From contig JBKAGP010000001.1 in assembly GCA_046290465.1 (NCBI GenBank), positions 6,080,001 to 6,144,000 of the forward strand: a stretch of DNA of 64,000 nucleotides. Reading direction: 5' to 3'. The notes under the pieces are model-generated. The model searched no databases. It was not told the origin of the DNA and saw nothing but the letters and a program-made list of their open reading frames with translations. Source of the stretch: Planctomycetota bacterium. Lineage in GTDB: Bacteria > Planctomycetota > UBA1135 > UBA2386. Positions 1-10,492 of the stretch are shown here, in pieces; within the stretch, counting starts at the first letter, position 1, and every line of letters starts with the position of its first letter. A program made the position numbers and the translations under genes.

Positions 1-1
1 G

Positions 2-1678
2 CGCCACCGCCAGCGCCTGCGCGGCGTGCTGTGGCGCGAGTGGCAGGTCGATCGCCTGCCGGGCGCCGGCACCTGGCCCGACGGCCACCCGCGCGCGATC
101 GACGTGCTGGTCGGCGGCGGCATCGACCGGCTGCAGGTCATCGACGCGCTGCGCGCCTACCACAAGAGCAAGGCCTACCCGACGCTGTTCCTGCACCTGC
201 TGCACTCGTTCCGCCGGGTCTACCCCGAGCGCGAGCTGACCTACGGCATCGTCGGCCACACCGATTCGTACTTCGCCAACGTCGCCGGCCACAAGCAGCT
301 GCACACGTTCGGCGTCTGCGGTCTCGAGTCGTTCGCGGCGCTGAGCCCGGACTCGCCCGAGGTGCGTCGCTTCCGCGCCGACGGTCGCTACCGACCGTAC
401 TTCGTCGCGCCGATCGAGAACCCGCCCGAGGCGGCCCAGCTGCACAGCACGCTCGACCTCGAGCTGCAGCGTGCCTGCGTCAACCTGCTGGCGCAGCAGT
501 GCGAGGACGGCCTGCGCCACGACGCCGACAAGAAGGCCAACTGGGGCGCGATGGTGCTGGTCGAGATCGCGACCGGCGACGTGCTGGCCGCGTCGTCGTG
601 GCACCGCGGCGACCTGCACCCGAAGGCAACCTCGTTCACGCCCTACCAGAACCGCTTCGAGCCCGGTTCGATCGTCAAGCCGCTGGTGCTCGCGTACGCG
701 CTCGAGGCCAACGCGGTGCGCTGGGACGATGTGTTCGACTGCAACCCGCACCACGCCATGTACCGCGACGTCATCCGCGGGCTCGGCCGGCGCAAGCCGG
801 TGCGCGACGACCACGACTGCGAACGGTTGACGCCGCACGGCATCCTGTTGAACAGTTCCAACATCGGCGCGGCGATGGTCGGGCTGCGGCTGTCGCGCGA
901 GCAGTGGCAGGACTACATGCGCGTCTACGGCTGGGGCACGTCGCTCGGGCTGCGGCTGCCGCAGGAGTCGCTCGGCGGCCACCACCCGCGCTCGTTCGCG
1001 GCGGACATCCCGCTGCGCGGCTTCCGCGCCAACAGCGCGATCTCGTTCAGCTTCGGCTACGAGATGGAAGCGACCGCGATGCAGGTCGCGCGCGCCTACC
1101 TGCGCATGCTGGGCGGCATCGACGCCGAACTGCGCGTCGTGCGCGGCGTCGAGATCGACGGCGAGTGGCACGCAGCGCCGCGGCCGCGCGGTCCGGGGCG
1201 CCAGTTCCGGCCCGAGGTGCGCAGCAACATCCTCGCCGCGATGCGGGACGTTGTGAGCAACAACCAAGGTGCGACCGGTCGCGTGCTGCACGGCAACTTC
1301 CAGAAGGAAGGCATCGAGCTGCACCGCCTGGTCGGCGGCAAGACGGGCACGGCGGTCAGTTCCGTCGGCCTGGCGAACGGGCAGAAGGCGAGCGTGCGCA
1401 ACGCGAGCTTCGTCGGCGTGCTGCCGGCGGAGGATCCGAAGTGGCTCGCGGTGTGTGTTCTGCAGAAAGACGGACGTGCGCGGTTCTACGGCGGCAGCTA
1501 TGCTGCGCCACCAGCAGTGCGGTTGTTGCTCCGGTGCCACGAGCTCCGCGAGCGCGACGCGCTGCGCCAGGAGCCGCGAGGTGGTTCGGGTGGTCAGACC
1601 CGGATGGGACTTCAAACTCCTGATCAATCAGGCTGGAACACGTCGGCGGGGGCCGACGACTCCAGAGAGACTCGGTAG
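2..1678 (+). CDS. ftsI: Class B penicillin-binding protein (FtsI/PBP3-like), 5'-truncated by the window edge
   Basis: Transpeptidase motifs SxxK (PGSIVK), SxN (SSNIG) and KTG (GKTGT); frame open to the window start; directly upstream of murE. Confidence 0.85.
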   Translation, partial: RHRQRLRGVLWREWQVDRLPGAGTWPDGHPRAIDVLVGGGIDRLQVIDALRAYHKSKAYPTLFLHLLHSFRRVYPERELTYGIVGHTDSYFANVAGHKQLHTFGVCGLESFAALSPDSPEVRRFRADGRYRPYFVAPIENPPEAAQLHSTLDLELQRACVNLLAQQCEDGLRHDADKKANWGAMVLVEIATGDVLAASSWHRGDLHPKATSFTPYQNRFEPGSIVKPLVLAYALEANAVRWDDVFDCNPHHAMYRDVIRGLGRRKPVRDDHDCERLTPHGILLNSSNIGAAMVGLRLSREQWQDYMRVYGWGTSLGLRLPQESLGGHHPRSFAADIPLRGFRANSAISFSFGYEMEATAMQVARAYLRMLGGIDAELRVVRGVEIDGEWHAAPRPRGPGRQFRPEVRSNILAAMRDVVSNNQGATGRVLHGNFQKEGIELHRLVGGKTGTAVSSVGLANGQKASVRNASFVGVLPAEDPKWLAVCVLQKDGRARFYGGSYAAPPAVRLLLRCHELRERDALRQEPRGGSGGQTRMGLQTPDQSGWNTSAGADDSRETR

Positions 1679-1686
1679 GGCGGTTC

Positions 1687-3228
1687 ATGACTGACTTGGC
1701 TTTCCCGTCCGGACTGCCGTCCGGACAGGGCTTCGTGCGCTTGCGAGAACTCCGCGACTGCTTGCAGCCGCGCGAGGTGGTGCACTGGCGTGACCTGGCG
1801 GTGGACGGGTTGGCGTTCCACTCGGCCGAGGTGCGTCCCGGCAACCTGTTCTTCGCGATCCGCGGCGCCAAGAGCGACGGCACCGCGTTCGCGCAGCAGG
1901 CGATCGCGCGCGGCGCGGTCGCGGTCGTCGCCGAAGAACCGCTGTCGCTGCCGGTGCCGGTGCTGGTCGTCGACAACTGCCGCGAGGCGCTGGCCGACGC
2001 GGCGCGCTTCTACTACCGCGAGCCGTCGAAGGCGATCTCGGTCGTCGGCGTCACCGGCACCAACGGCAAGACCACGGTCGCGCACCTGATCCGCGCGTGC
2101 CTGCAGGCGGACCGCCGGCAGGTCGGCCTGATCGGCACGATCGCCTACGAGTTCGGCGGCCGGCGGATCCCGGCGGCCAACACCACGCCCGACCCGGTGC
2201 GCATCCACGGCTACCTGCGCGAGATGGCGGACCGCTTCGCCAGCGCGTGCGTGATGGAGGTGTCGAGCCACAGCCTCGACCAGGACCGCGTGCGCGGCGT
2301 GCAGTTCGCGGTCGGGGTGTTCACCAACCTGTCGCAGGACCACCTCGACTACCACGGCGACATGAACGCCTACCGCGCCGCCAAGGCGCGGCTGTTCCAG
2401 GCGCTCAAGCCGGGGGCCACCGCGGTGCTCAACCGCGACGATCCGGCGGCGCACGCGATGGCCGACGAGCTCGAGAACGGCGTGCACGTGCTGTGGTACG
2501 GCACGTCGCCGGAGGCCGACATCCGCGCCGAGAACATCGAGCCCGGCCCGGACGGCACGCGGCTGCGCATCGTGATGCCGAACGGCGCCGTCGAGCTGTT
2601 CCTGCCGATCGTCGGCGCGCACAACATCGAGAACGCGCTGGCCGCGGCGGCGTCGGCGCTGGCGCTCGGCGCGAGCGAGCTGACGGTCGCGTCCGCGCTC
2701 GAGGACGTGCGTCCGGTGCCCGGCCGCCTCGAACTGGTCGAGGCTCCCGGTGGTGCCGCGCGCAGCGAGCGCGTGCGCACGTTCGTCGACTACGCGCACA
2801 CGCCGGACGCGCTCGACAAGGTCTGCGCGACGCTGGCCGGGGTCTGCGAGGGCGACCTGCACGTCGTGTTCGGCTGCGGTGGCGACCGCGATCGCAGCAA
2901 GCGTGCGCCGATGGCGGCCGCCGTCGCGCGGCACGCGCAGTTTGCGTACCTGACCAGCGACAACCCGCGCAGCGAGGATCCCGAGCAGATCATCCGCGAC
3001 ATGGTCGCGGGGCTCGACGGCGCCGACTGCGACTCGTTCGAGGTGGTCGACCGCGGCGAGGCGATCCGCCTCGCGGTGCAGCGCGCCCGGCCGGGCGACA
3101 CGGTGCTGGTCGCCGGCAAGGGGCACGAGACCTACCAGGTGTTCAAGGACAGCGTGGTGCCGTTCGACGACCGGCTCGAGGCGGGCCGGGCGCTGGCGGC
3201 GAGGGGGGCAGGATGGTTGCACCGATGA
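1687..3228 (+). CDS. murE: UDP-MurNAc-tripeptide synthetase (meso-DAP type)
   Basis: GVTGTNGKTT, EVSSH, DHLDYH, DYAHTPD, FGCGGDRD, DNPR (DAP-specific) and AGKGHE motifs. Confidence 0.96.
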   Translation: MTDLAFPSGLPSGQGFVRLRELRDCLQPREVVHWRDLAVDGLAFHSAEVRPGNLFFAIRGAKSDGTAFAQQAIARGAVAVVAEEPLSLPVPVLVVDNCREALADAARFYYREPSKAISVVGVTGTNGKTTVAHLIRACLQADRRQVGLIGTIAYEFGGRRIPAANTTPDPVRIHGYLREMADRFASACVMEVSSHSLDQDRVRGVQFAVGVFTNLSQDHLDYHGDMNAYRAAKARLFQALKPGATAVLNRDDPAAHAMADELENGVHVLWYGTSPEADIRAENIEPGPDGTRLRIVMPNGAVELFLPIVGAHNIENALAAAASALALGASELTVASALEDVRPVPGRLELVEAPGGAARSERVRTFVDYAHTPDALDKVCATLAGVCEGDLHVVFGCGGDRDRSKRAPMAAAVARHAQFAYLTSDNPRSEDPEQIIRDMVAGLDGADCDSFEVVDRGEAIRLAVQRARPGDTVLVAGKGHETYQVFKDSVVPFDDRLEAGRALAARGAGWLHR

Positions 3229-4757
3229 ACGACGCGAGCGCAGTGCGCTCTACGGCAGCGAGCTCGACGGCATCTGACTCGACGGCGATGACCTCGACGG
3301 GGCCCGCCCGTTCGCGCGGCAAGCGCGGCTGGTTCACGGCGCGCTCGGTCGCCAAGGCGACCGGTGGCGAGGTCGTGCAGGGTGGCCCGACCGGCCAGGG
3401 GGTGACGACCGACACGCGTGTCGACGGCACCGGGCTGGTGTTCGTCGCACTGCGCGGCGAACGCCACGACAGCCACGACTACCTCGACCAGGCGATCGCG
3501 CAGGGCTGCGTCGGCCTGGTCGTCGACCGCGACGTCGACCTGTCGCGCATCCTGCGGGAGGCCAAGCTGACCCGCGCGCGCGAGCCGTTCGTCGTCAAGG
3601 TCGCGGACACCGGCCGCGCGCTGCTCGACCTCGCCAGGGAGCACCGTCGCCGTAGCCGCGCCAAGGTCGTCGGCATCACCGGCTCGTGCGGCAAGACCTC
3701 GACCAAGGAGTGGCTCGGCGCCGTGCTCGCGTCGGCGATGCCGGCGGTGCGTTCGCCCGGGTCCTACAACAACCAGGTCGGCGTGCCGCTGACGTTGTTC
3801 CAGCTGCAGGACGAGACCCGCGCGGCGGTCGTCGAGATCGGCACCAACGCGCCCGGGGAGATCGCCGATCTGACCGACGTGGTGCGGCCGGACATCGGCA
3901 TCGTCACCTGCGTCGCGCCGGCGCACCTCGAAGGCCTCGGGTCGCTCGAAGGCGTGGCGCGCGAGAAGTCGTGCCTGCCGCAGGGCCTGCCCGAGGACGG
4001 CCTGTGCATCCTCAACGGCGACGACGCGGCCTGCCGCGCGATGGCCGAACTGACCAAGGCGCGCGTCGAGCTGATCAGCGTGCACCGCAAGGCCGACTGG
4101 TATGCGACCGACGTGCGCTTCCACGCGCTCGGCACGACGTTCCTGCTGCAGGGGGAGCGGCCGGTGACGCTGCCGCGACTCGGCACCCACAACGTCTACA
4201 ACGCGCTCGCCGTGATCGCCGCGGCGCACCACCTCGGCGTGCCGGAGGACGAGGTGCTGCGGCAGCTCGCCGGCGTGCCGTCGGCGGCGCGCCGCCTCGA
4301 GCCGAAGCACGCCGGCGGCGTGACGATCTTCGACGACACCTACAACATGAACCCCGAGTCGGCGCGTTCGGCGCTGCAGGCCATGGCCGGACTGCAGGCC
4401 GACGGCGGCCGCGGCATCGCGGTGTTCGGCGGCATGGCGGAGCTCGGCGCCGACAGCGTCGCGCTGCACCAGAAGCTCGGCGAGCAGGTCGTGCAGAGCG
4501 GCCAGGATCGGCTGGTCTGCGTCGGCGCCGACGCGCGCGCGATCGCCGACGGTGCGGTCGCCGCCGGCATGCCCGGCGACGCGGTGCACTGCGTCGACGA
4601 CGTCAGCGGCGCCCACGGCCTGCTGCGCGGCATGCTGCGCAGCGGCGACCGGGTGCTGTGCAAGGCGTCGCGCAGGGTGCAGCTCGAACGGCTCGTCGAC
4701 CGCCTGGTCGGGGATCTCGGTCCGTCGGCCGACGCCGCGGAGGTGCACGGCGGATGA
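3225..4757 (+). CDS. murF: UDP-MurNAc-pentapeptide ligase
   Basis: GITGSCGKTSTKE, YNNQVGVPLTL, DDTYNMNPES, KASR; ATG at 3225 overlaps the murE stop; Ser/Thr-rich N-terminal extension. Confidence 0.95.
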   Translation: MNDASAVRSTAASSTASDSTAMTSTGPARSRGKRGWFTARSVAKATGGEVVQGGPTGQGVTTDTRVDGTGLVFVALRGERHDSHDYLDQAIAQGCVGLVVDRDVDLSRILREAKLTRAREPFVVKVADTGRALLDLAREHRRRSRAKVVGITGSCGKTSTKEWLGAVLASAMPAVRSPGSYNNQVGVPLTLFQLQDETRAAVVEIGTNAPGEIADLTDVVRPDIGIVTCVAPAHLEGLGSLEGVAREKSCLPQGLPEDGLCILNGDDAACRAMAELTKARVELISVHRKADWYATDVRFHALGTTFLLQGERPVTLPRLGTHNVYNALAVIAAAHHLGVPEDEVLRQLAGVPSAARRLEPKHAGGVTIFDDTYNMNPESARSALQAMAGLQADGGRGIAVFGGMAELGADSVALHQKLGEQVVQSGQDRLVCVGADARAIADGAVAAGMPGDAVHCVDDVSGAHGLLRGMLRSGDRVLCKASRRVQLERLVDRLVGDLGPSADAAEVHGG

Positions 4758-5884
4758 TCCACTGGCTGGCGCCCTACCTGTTCTCGGAGGACGTGTGCCG
4801 TCTGCTCGGCTACATCTCCGTGCGCGCAGGTGGCGCCGCCGTGACTGCGTTCCTGCTGGCGATCGTGCTCGGCCCGATGGTGATCCGCTGGCTGCAGCGG
4901 CAGGGCATGCGCGAGCGCATCGACAGCACCGGTTCGCAGAAGCTCGAAGAACTGCACAAGGACAAGGTCGGCACGCCGACCATGGGCGGCCTGTTCGTGG
5001 TCGGCTCGATCCTGCTGTCGGGCCTGCTGTGGATGCGCTTCGACGGCGTCAACCGGTTCTCGCTGCCCGGCCTCGTGCTGGTGCTCGGCTTCGCGCTGGT
5101 CGGCTTCTGGGACGACTGGACCAAGCTGCGGCAGGGGCTCAACGGCGAGAAGAAGCGCGGCATCAGCAAGCGCGAGAAGCAGGGGGCGCTGACCATTCTG
5201 GCGACGCTGGTCGGCTTCTGGCTGCTCGGTCCGGCGGCCCTGCAGGGCGAGCTGGGTGGCCCGCACCTGTACATCCCGTTCGTCAAGGACTTCGCCGTCG
5301 ACCTCAGCCTGTGGTGGGGCGTGCCGTTCCTGTTCGTCGCGGTGCTGGTGCTGACCGGCTCGGCCAACGCGGTCAACCTGACCGACGGCCTCGACGGGCT
5401 CGCGGCCGGCTGCATCGCGACGTCGGCGATCGCTTACGCGGCGATCACCTACGCGGTCGGCCGGGTCGACTGGGCCGAGTACCTGCTGGTGCCGCACGTC
5501 GGCGGCGCCGGCGAGATGGCCGTGCTGATGGCGGCGCTGCTCGGCGGCGCGCTCGGCTTCCTGTGGTTCAACGCGGCGCCGGCGATGGTCTTCATGGGCG
5601 ACGTCGGCAGCCTCGGCCTCGGCGGCGCGCTTGCGTACGCGGCGCTGATCAGCCGCACCGAACTGGTGCTGCTGGTGGTCGGCGGCGTGTTCGTCGCCGA
5701 AGCGCTGTCGGTGATCCTGCAGGTCGGCTCGTTCAAGCTGCGCGGCAAGCGTGTGTTCCGCTGCGCGCCGCTGCACCACCACTTCCAGTTCGGCGGCATG
5801 CCGGAGACGCGCGTCGTCGCGCGGACCTGGATCGTCTCCGCGTTGCTCGCGATGTGCAGCCTGGTGCTGTTCAAGGTGCGCTGA
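4754..5884 (+). CDS. mraY: Phospho-MurNAc-pentapeptide transferase
   Basis: GTPTMGG, DD, NAVNLTDGLDGLA, FMGDVGS, APLHHHF; multiple TM segments. Confidence 0.97.
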   Translation: MIHWLAPYLFSEDVCRLLGYISVRAGGAAVTAFLLAIVLGPMVIRWLQRQGMRERIDSTGSQKLEELHKDKVGTPTMGGLFVVGSILLSGLLWMRFDGVNRFSLPGLVLVLGFALVGFWDDWTKLRQGLNGEKKRGISKREKQGALTILATLVGFWLLGPAALQGELGGPHLYIPFVKDFAVDLSLWWGVPFLFVAVLVLTGSANAVNLTDGLDGLAAGCIATSAIAYAAITYAVGRVDWAEYLLVPHVGGAGEMAVLMAALLGGALGFLWFNAAPAMVFMGDVGSLGLGGALAYAALISRTELVLLVVGGVFVAEALSVILQVGSFKLRGKRVFRCAPLHHHFQFGGMPETRVVARTWIVSALLAMCSLVLFKVR

Positions 5885-5888
5885 TCCG

Positions 5889-7025
5889 ATGACGGCCGTT
5901 CCCCGCAACCGGCGAGAGCCGACCGAGAGCGTGCGCGAACTCGACTGGCTGATGCTGGTCGTGATGGCGCTCAGCTGCCTCGGCTTGGTGATGGCGGTTT
6001 CGGTGCTCGGTTCGCAGTCGGACGACGGCCCGCTGGTCGTGATGAAGAAGCAGGGCGTCAAGCTGCTGTTCGGCCTGGTCGCCTTCGTGGTCTGCGCGAT
6101 CACTCCGATGCGGCTGCTGCGCCGGGCGGCGATGCCGGTGTTCTTCGCGACCGTGGTGGCGTGCCTGCTGCCGCACGTCATGGGCGGCGACACCAAGGGC
6201 GCGTCGCGCTGGATCCGGTTCGGCGGGCAGCAGTTCCAGCCGGTCGAGCCGGCGCGGTTCTTCCTGGTGCTGGCGGTCAGCTGGCTGCTGGCGCGCGCCG
6301 GCAGCGGCCTGTCGAGCTTCCGGCGCGGCTTCCTGCCGGCGATGGGCTGCGCGATGCTGCTGGCCGGGGCACTCGCGACCCAGCCCGACAACGGCAACGC
6401 GCTGCTGGCGGTGATGCTCGCCAGCTGCCTGGCGCTGGTCGCCGGCGTGCGCGTGCTGCACTTCGCGCCGTTCGCCGGCGCGGGCCTGGCGCTGACGATG
6501 TTCGTCGCGACCCAGCACGAGTACGTGCGCCGCCGCATCGACCAGCTGTTCGACACGTCGCCCGATTCGCAGGTCGGCCTCGGCCTGATCGCGGTCGGTT
6601 CCGGCGGCGTGTTCGGCCGCGGCCTCGGGCAGGGCTGGATGAAGATGAACTACGTGCCGGAGGCGCACAACGACTTCGTGTTCGCGATCATCGCCGAGGA
6701 GTTCGGCTACCTCGGCTCGTTGTTCGTGCTCGGCGCCTACACCGCGTTCGGCTACCTGTGCTACCGATTGGTCGTGCAGGTGCGGGATCCGTTCCTGCGA
6801 TACGTCGTCTGTGGTTATGCTCTGATGATCTGCATGCAGGCTGCAGTCAACCTACTCGTGGTCAGCGGGTGGGCGCCTGCAAAGGGTATCGACCTGCCGT
6901 TCGTCTCGACGGGCGGCACGAGTCTCGTGTTTTGTCTGGCGGCAGTAGGCCTGATCGGGAACGCGGTGCGATCGGATCGCACCGGCGCGTTCTCGACCAG
7001 CGACGAAGCCGCGGTGGTTTCCTGA
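5889..7025 (+). CDS. ftsW: SEDS peptidoglycan polymerase FtsW
   Basis: GASRWI, FQPVE, QPD, PEAHNDFVF, KGIDLPFVSTGGTS; dcw context. Confidence 0.92.
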   Translation: MTAVPRNRREPTESVRELDWLMLVVMALSCLGLVMAVSVLGSQSDDGPLVVMKKQGVKLLFGLVAFVVCAITPMRLLRRAAMPVFFATVVACLLPHVMGGDTKGASRWIRFGGQQFQPVEPARFFLVLAVSWLLARAGSGLSSFRRGFLPAMGCAMLLAGALATQPDNGNALLAVMLASCLALVAGVRVLHFAPFAGAGLALTMFVATQHEYVRRRIDQLFDTSPDSQVGLGLIAVGSGGVFGRGLGQGWMKMNYVPEAHNDFVFAIIAEEFGYLGSLFVLGAYTAFGYLCYRLVVQVRDPFLRYVVCGYALMICMQAAVNLLVVSGWAPAKGIDLPFVSTGGTSLVFCLAAVGLIGNAVRSDRTGAFSTSDEAAVVS

Positions 7026-7056
7026 TTCGGTTTTCCGAACGGTTCGGAGGGGTGTG

Positions 7057-7860
7057 ATGGGTCAACTCGAAAAGTACGGCCTCTATGTGATGTGTCTCGT
7101 GATCTTCCTGATCCTCGGAGTGACCCTCTGGGGTGAGCCGGCCAACGCCAACAAGACGCGGGCCAAGAAGGAAGCGGCGATGCACGCGAGTCTCGGTGAC
7201 AGCACCAACTCGCTGCAGAACGCATCGTTCGATCGCGACCAGAACGGCAGCGGCCCGGCCAGCCGCGGCAGCCAGGGCGTCGCCTCGCTGCTCGGTCCGG
7301 AGGACAACCCGCCGCCGTACCAGCCGGTCGACGACGGCGACCTGCCGAACTCGCGATCGTCCAACGGCGGCGGCGTGATCGGCAGCATGATCGGCGGCCC
7401 GAGCAGCGAGTCGTCGCGCTCGAACGCGCAGCCGGACGTGGAGCAGCCGAAGACCCAGCCGGAACCGGTATCGCAACCGGTTGCCTCGCGCGGCACCTAC
7501 AAGGTGCGCAAGGGCGACTCGTTCGCGCGCATCGCGCGGCGCGAGCTCGGCAGCGAGCGGCACACTGCGCTACTGGCCAGCCTCAACAAGAAGGTCAACC
7601 CGGCGAAGCTGCAGATCGGCCAGACGCTGGTGCTGCCGTCGGCGAGCGAGCTCGGAAAGGACGGCTTCAAGACCGTCAACAAGAGCGTCGCGACCGGCGC
7701 CTACCGCACCTACACGGTCAGCAAGGGCGACACGTTCGACAAGATCGCGCGGGTCGAGCTCGGCTCGATCAAGCGGGTCAAGGAACTGCGCGCGATGAAC
7801 TCGAGCGTCGACCCGCGCAAGCTCCAGATCGGTCAGGTGATCAAGCTGCCGCTGAAGTAG
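7057..7860 (+). CDS. Membrane-anchored protein with two LysM domains
   Basis: N-terminal TM helix, low-complexity linker, two LysM repeats (YKVRKGDS...LQIGQTLVLP; YTVSKGDT...LQIGQVIKLP). Confidence 0.9.
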   Translation: MGQLEKYGLYVMCLVIFLILGVTLWGEPANANKTRAKKEAAMHASLGDSTNSLQNASFDRDQNGSGPASRGSQGVASLLGPEDNPPPYQPVDDGDLPNSRSSNGGGVIGSMIGGPSSESSRSNAQPDVEQPKTQPEPVSQPVASRGTYKVRKGDSFARIARRELGSERHTALLASLNKKVNPAKLQIGQTLVLPSASELGKDGFKTVNKSVATGAYRTYTVSKGDTFDKIARVELGSIKRVKELRAMNSSVDPRKLQIGQVIKLPLK

Positions 7861-9062
7861 TGGGGGCCTCCGCACAAGCCGAGCGCGACCTTCGTCGGGT
7901 CTGTCTGGTGAGCGGTGGGACCGGCGGGCACCTGATGCCCGCGCTCGTCCTGGCCCGTTCGCTGCAGCAGTCCGGCCAGGCGCCGCTGCTGATCACCGAA
8001 GGCCGCGACGTCGAACGCGAACTGGTGCGGCGCGAGCTGCCCGACGTGGCTGCGGTCGAAGTGCCGCGCTCCGGACGTTCGCCGCTGGCGCTACCGTGGT
8101 GGCTCCTGCGGGCGACGTCGAGCGCGCGCGGCCTGCTGCGGCGCCACCAGATCGCCGGCGTGATCAGCACCGGTGGCCGCGCGTCGGTGCCGGTCGCGAT
8201 GGCGGCGAAGAGCCTCTCCCTGCCGGTCTTCCTGCTCGAGCAGAACGCGGTCACCGGGCGGGCCAACCGCTGGCTGATGCCGATCGCCCGCCGCATGTAC
8301 CTCGGGCTGCCCGGCGCCGGCGAGCGCCACCCGGGCGGCCTCTACACCGGCACGCCGCTGCGCCAGGGCTTCGGTCGCGTCGACCGCGGCGAGGCGCGCC
8401 GTTCGCTCGGCCTCGGCAGCGACGCCCCGGTGGTGCTGGTGACCGGCGGCAGCCAGGGCGCGCGCGTGCTCAACGAACTGGTGCCCCAGGCGCTGCAGCA
8501 GGTCCGGCACAAGGTGCAGGTGCTGCACCTGTCGGGTCTCGGCAACGACGCCGCGGTTCGCGATCGCTACGCCGGCGCCGGCCGCGAGACGGTCGCCCAC
8601 GTGCGCGCCGTCGCCGCCGACATGGATCGCCTGTTCGCGGCCGCCGACCTGGTCATCTGCCGCGGCGGCGGCACCACCGTCGCCGAGCTGATGGCGGTCG
8701 GGCGGCCGGCGCTGATCGTGCCGTATCCGCACCACAAGGACCGCCAGCAGTTCCACAACGCGCGAGTGCTCGAACGGGTCGGCGCGGCGACGATCTGCGA
8801 AGAGCACGACTGCGACGTCGCGACGCTGGCCGCGCGCATCGCGGGCCTGCTCGACGAGCCGTCGCGGCTGCGCGCGATGGCGGACCAGGGCCGCAAGCTG
8901 CGTCGGCTCGACGCCGCCGACGCGATCCTCGCCGACGTGCGCGAGGTGATCGGCGAGGCGCAGCGGGGCCGGCGCGGCCTCGTCGACGGCCCGCAGCCAG
9001 CGAGCGACGCGGGCTCGAGGAACGCGCAGGCGTCGCCGCAGCGGCGCGGAGGGGTGGCGTGA
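7860..9062 (+). CDS. murG: Lipid II GlcNAc transferase
   Basis: SGGTGGH, EQNAVTGRANR, TGGSQGA, DLVICRGGGTTVAE, QQFHNA. Confidence 0.95.
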   Translation: MGASAQAERDLRRVCLVSGGTGGHLMPALVLARSLQQSGQAPLLITEGRDVERELVRRELPDVAAVEVPRSGRSPLALPWWLLRATSSARGLLRRHQIAGVISTGGRASVPVAMAAKSLSLPVFLLEQNAVTGRANRWLMPIARRMYLGLPGAGERHPGGLYTGTPLRQGFGRVDRGEARRSLGLGSDAPVVLVTGGSQGARVLNELVPQALQQVRHKVQVLHLSGLGNDAAVRDRYAGAGRETVAHVRAVAADMDRLFAAADLVICRGGGTTVAELMAVGRPALIVPYPHHKDRQQFHNARVLERVGAATICEEHDCDVATLAARIAGLLDEPSRLRAMADQGRKLRRLDAADAILADVREVIGEAQRGRRGLVDGPQPASDAGSRNAQASPQRRGGVA

Positions 9063-10492
9063 CCGCGACCCAGGCTGGCATGCAGGCCGAAGAACCGGTG
9101 CAGGAGGGCATCGCCGGCACGAGCTTCGTCTCGCGTCGCTTCCACTTCGTCGGGGTCGGCGGCGCTGGCATGAGCGGCCTGGCGCGGCTGCTGGCCGGCA
9201 TCGGCGGCAACATCAGCGGCAGCGACGCGACCGGCGGTGCGGTGGTCGACTGCCTGTCCGACGAGGGGCGCGCGGTCTGGACCGGCTGCCAGCCCGATCG
9301 CATCGACGGCGCCGACGGCTACGTGATCCGCAGCGCGGCGGTGCCCGCCAACGACCCCGAAGTGCAGGAGTGCGTGCGTCGCGGCTTCACCTCGCTGCTC
9401 TACGCCGAAGCCGTCGGTCGCCTCAGCGAGGGCCGCCGCACGCTCGCGATCGGGGGCACGCACGGCAAGACCACGACCACCGGGCTGACGGTCGCGGCGC
9501 TGCGCGGCGCCGGCCGTGACCCGTCGCACCTGATCGGCGGCGAGGTCCCCGAGCTCGGCGGCAACGGCCACGGCGGCAAGGGCCAGGGGTTCGTCGTCGA
9601 GGCGTGCGAGTTCAACCGCAGCTTCCACAACCTGCGGCCGTTCGGCGCGGCGATCCTCAACCTCGACCACGACCACTTCGACTGCTACCCGTCGACCGAC
9701 GAGTTGATCGAGGCGTTCGCCGGCTACCTGGCGCGGGTGCGCCCCGGCGGCACCGCGCTGGTCGAGGAGACCGTGCCGAAGGCGGTGCTGTCGAGCCTGC
9801 GCAACGACGTCGAGATCTTGACCGTCGGCAGCGGCCTGTGGGCCGACCTGCGCGCCGTGAACGTGCGCGAACGGCTCGGTCGCTGGTCGTTCGACCCGGT
9901 CCTGCACGGCGAACGGCTGCCGCGCGTCGAGCTGTCGCTCGCCGGCCGGCACAACATGTTCAACGCGATGTTCGCGCTGGGCCTGGCGCACGTCGCCGGC
10001 GCCGACCTCGCCGGCGCCTGCAGCGGCATCTCGGAGTTCGTCGGCGTGCGCCGACGCTTCGAGACCCACCAGGGGCCCGACGGCGGCGTGCTGGTCAACG
10101 ACTACGCGCACCACCCGGCCGAGATCGAGGCGGTGCTGCAGACCGCCCGGCGTCGGTTCCCCGATCGCCGCATCGTGGTGGCGTTCCAGCCGCACCAGTA
10201 CCAACGCACGCTGCTGCTGCTCGACCCGTTCGCCGCGTCGCTGGCCGCCGCCGACGTGACGCTGATCACCGAGATCTACGGCGCCCGCGAGTCGGACGAG
10301 ATCATGGCCTCGGTCAGCGCCGGGGACCTTGTCAACGCGGTGCGCGAGCACGGCGGCGAGGCGCACTACGGCGGCCCGGTCGCGCAGCTGCCCGACGCGA
10401 TCGCCGCCCACCGTCGCGACGGCGACGTCGTGTTCGTGCTCGGCGCCGGCGACATCGACACGGCCGTGGAGGGCATCGTTGGCCGGATCTGA
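9059..10492 (+). CDS. murC: UDP-MurNAc-L-alanine ligase
   Basis: HFVGVGGAGMSGLA, GTHGKTTTT, DHDH, DYAHHP, FQPH; start is GTG 9059 or ATG 9080. Confidence 0.95.
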   Translation: MTATQAGMQAEEPVQEGIAGTSFVSRRFHFVGVGGAGMSGLARLLAGIGGNISGSDATGGAVVDCLSDEGRAVWTGCQPDRIDGADGYVIRSAAVPANDPEVQECVRRGFTSLLYAEAVGRLSEGRRTLAIGGTHGKTTTTGLTVAALRGAGRDPSHLIGGEVPELGGNGHGGKGQGFVVEACEFNRSFHNLRPFGAAILNLDHDHFDCYPSTDELIEAFAGYLARVRPGGTALVEETVPKAVLSSLRNDVEILTVGSGLWADLRAVNVRERLGRWSFDPVLHGERLPRVELSLAGRHNMFNAMFALGLAHVAGADLAGACSGISEFVGVRRRFETHQGPDGGVLVNDYAHHPAEIEAVLQTARRRFPDRRIVVAFQPHQYQRTLLLLDPFAASLAAADVTLITEIYGARESDEIMASVSAGDLVNAVREHGGEAHYGGPVAQLPDAIAAHRRDGDVVFVLGAGDIDTAVEGIVGRI

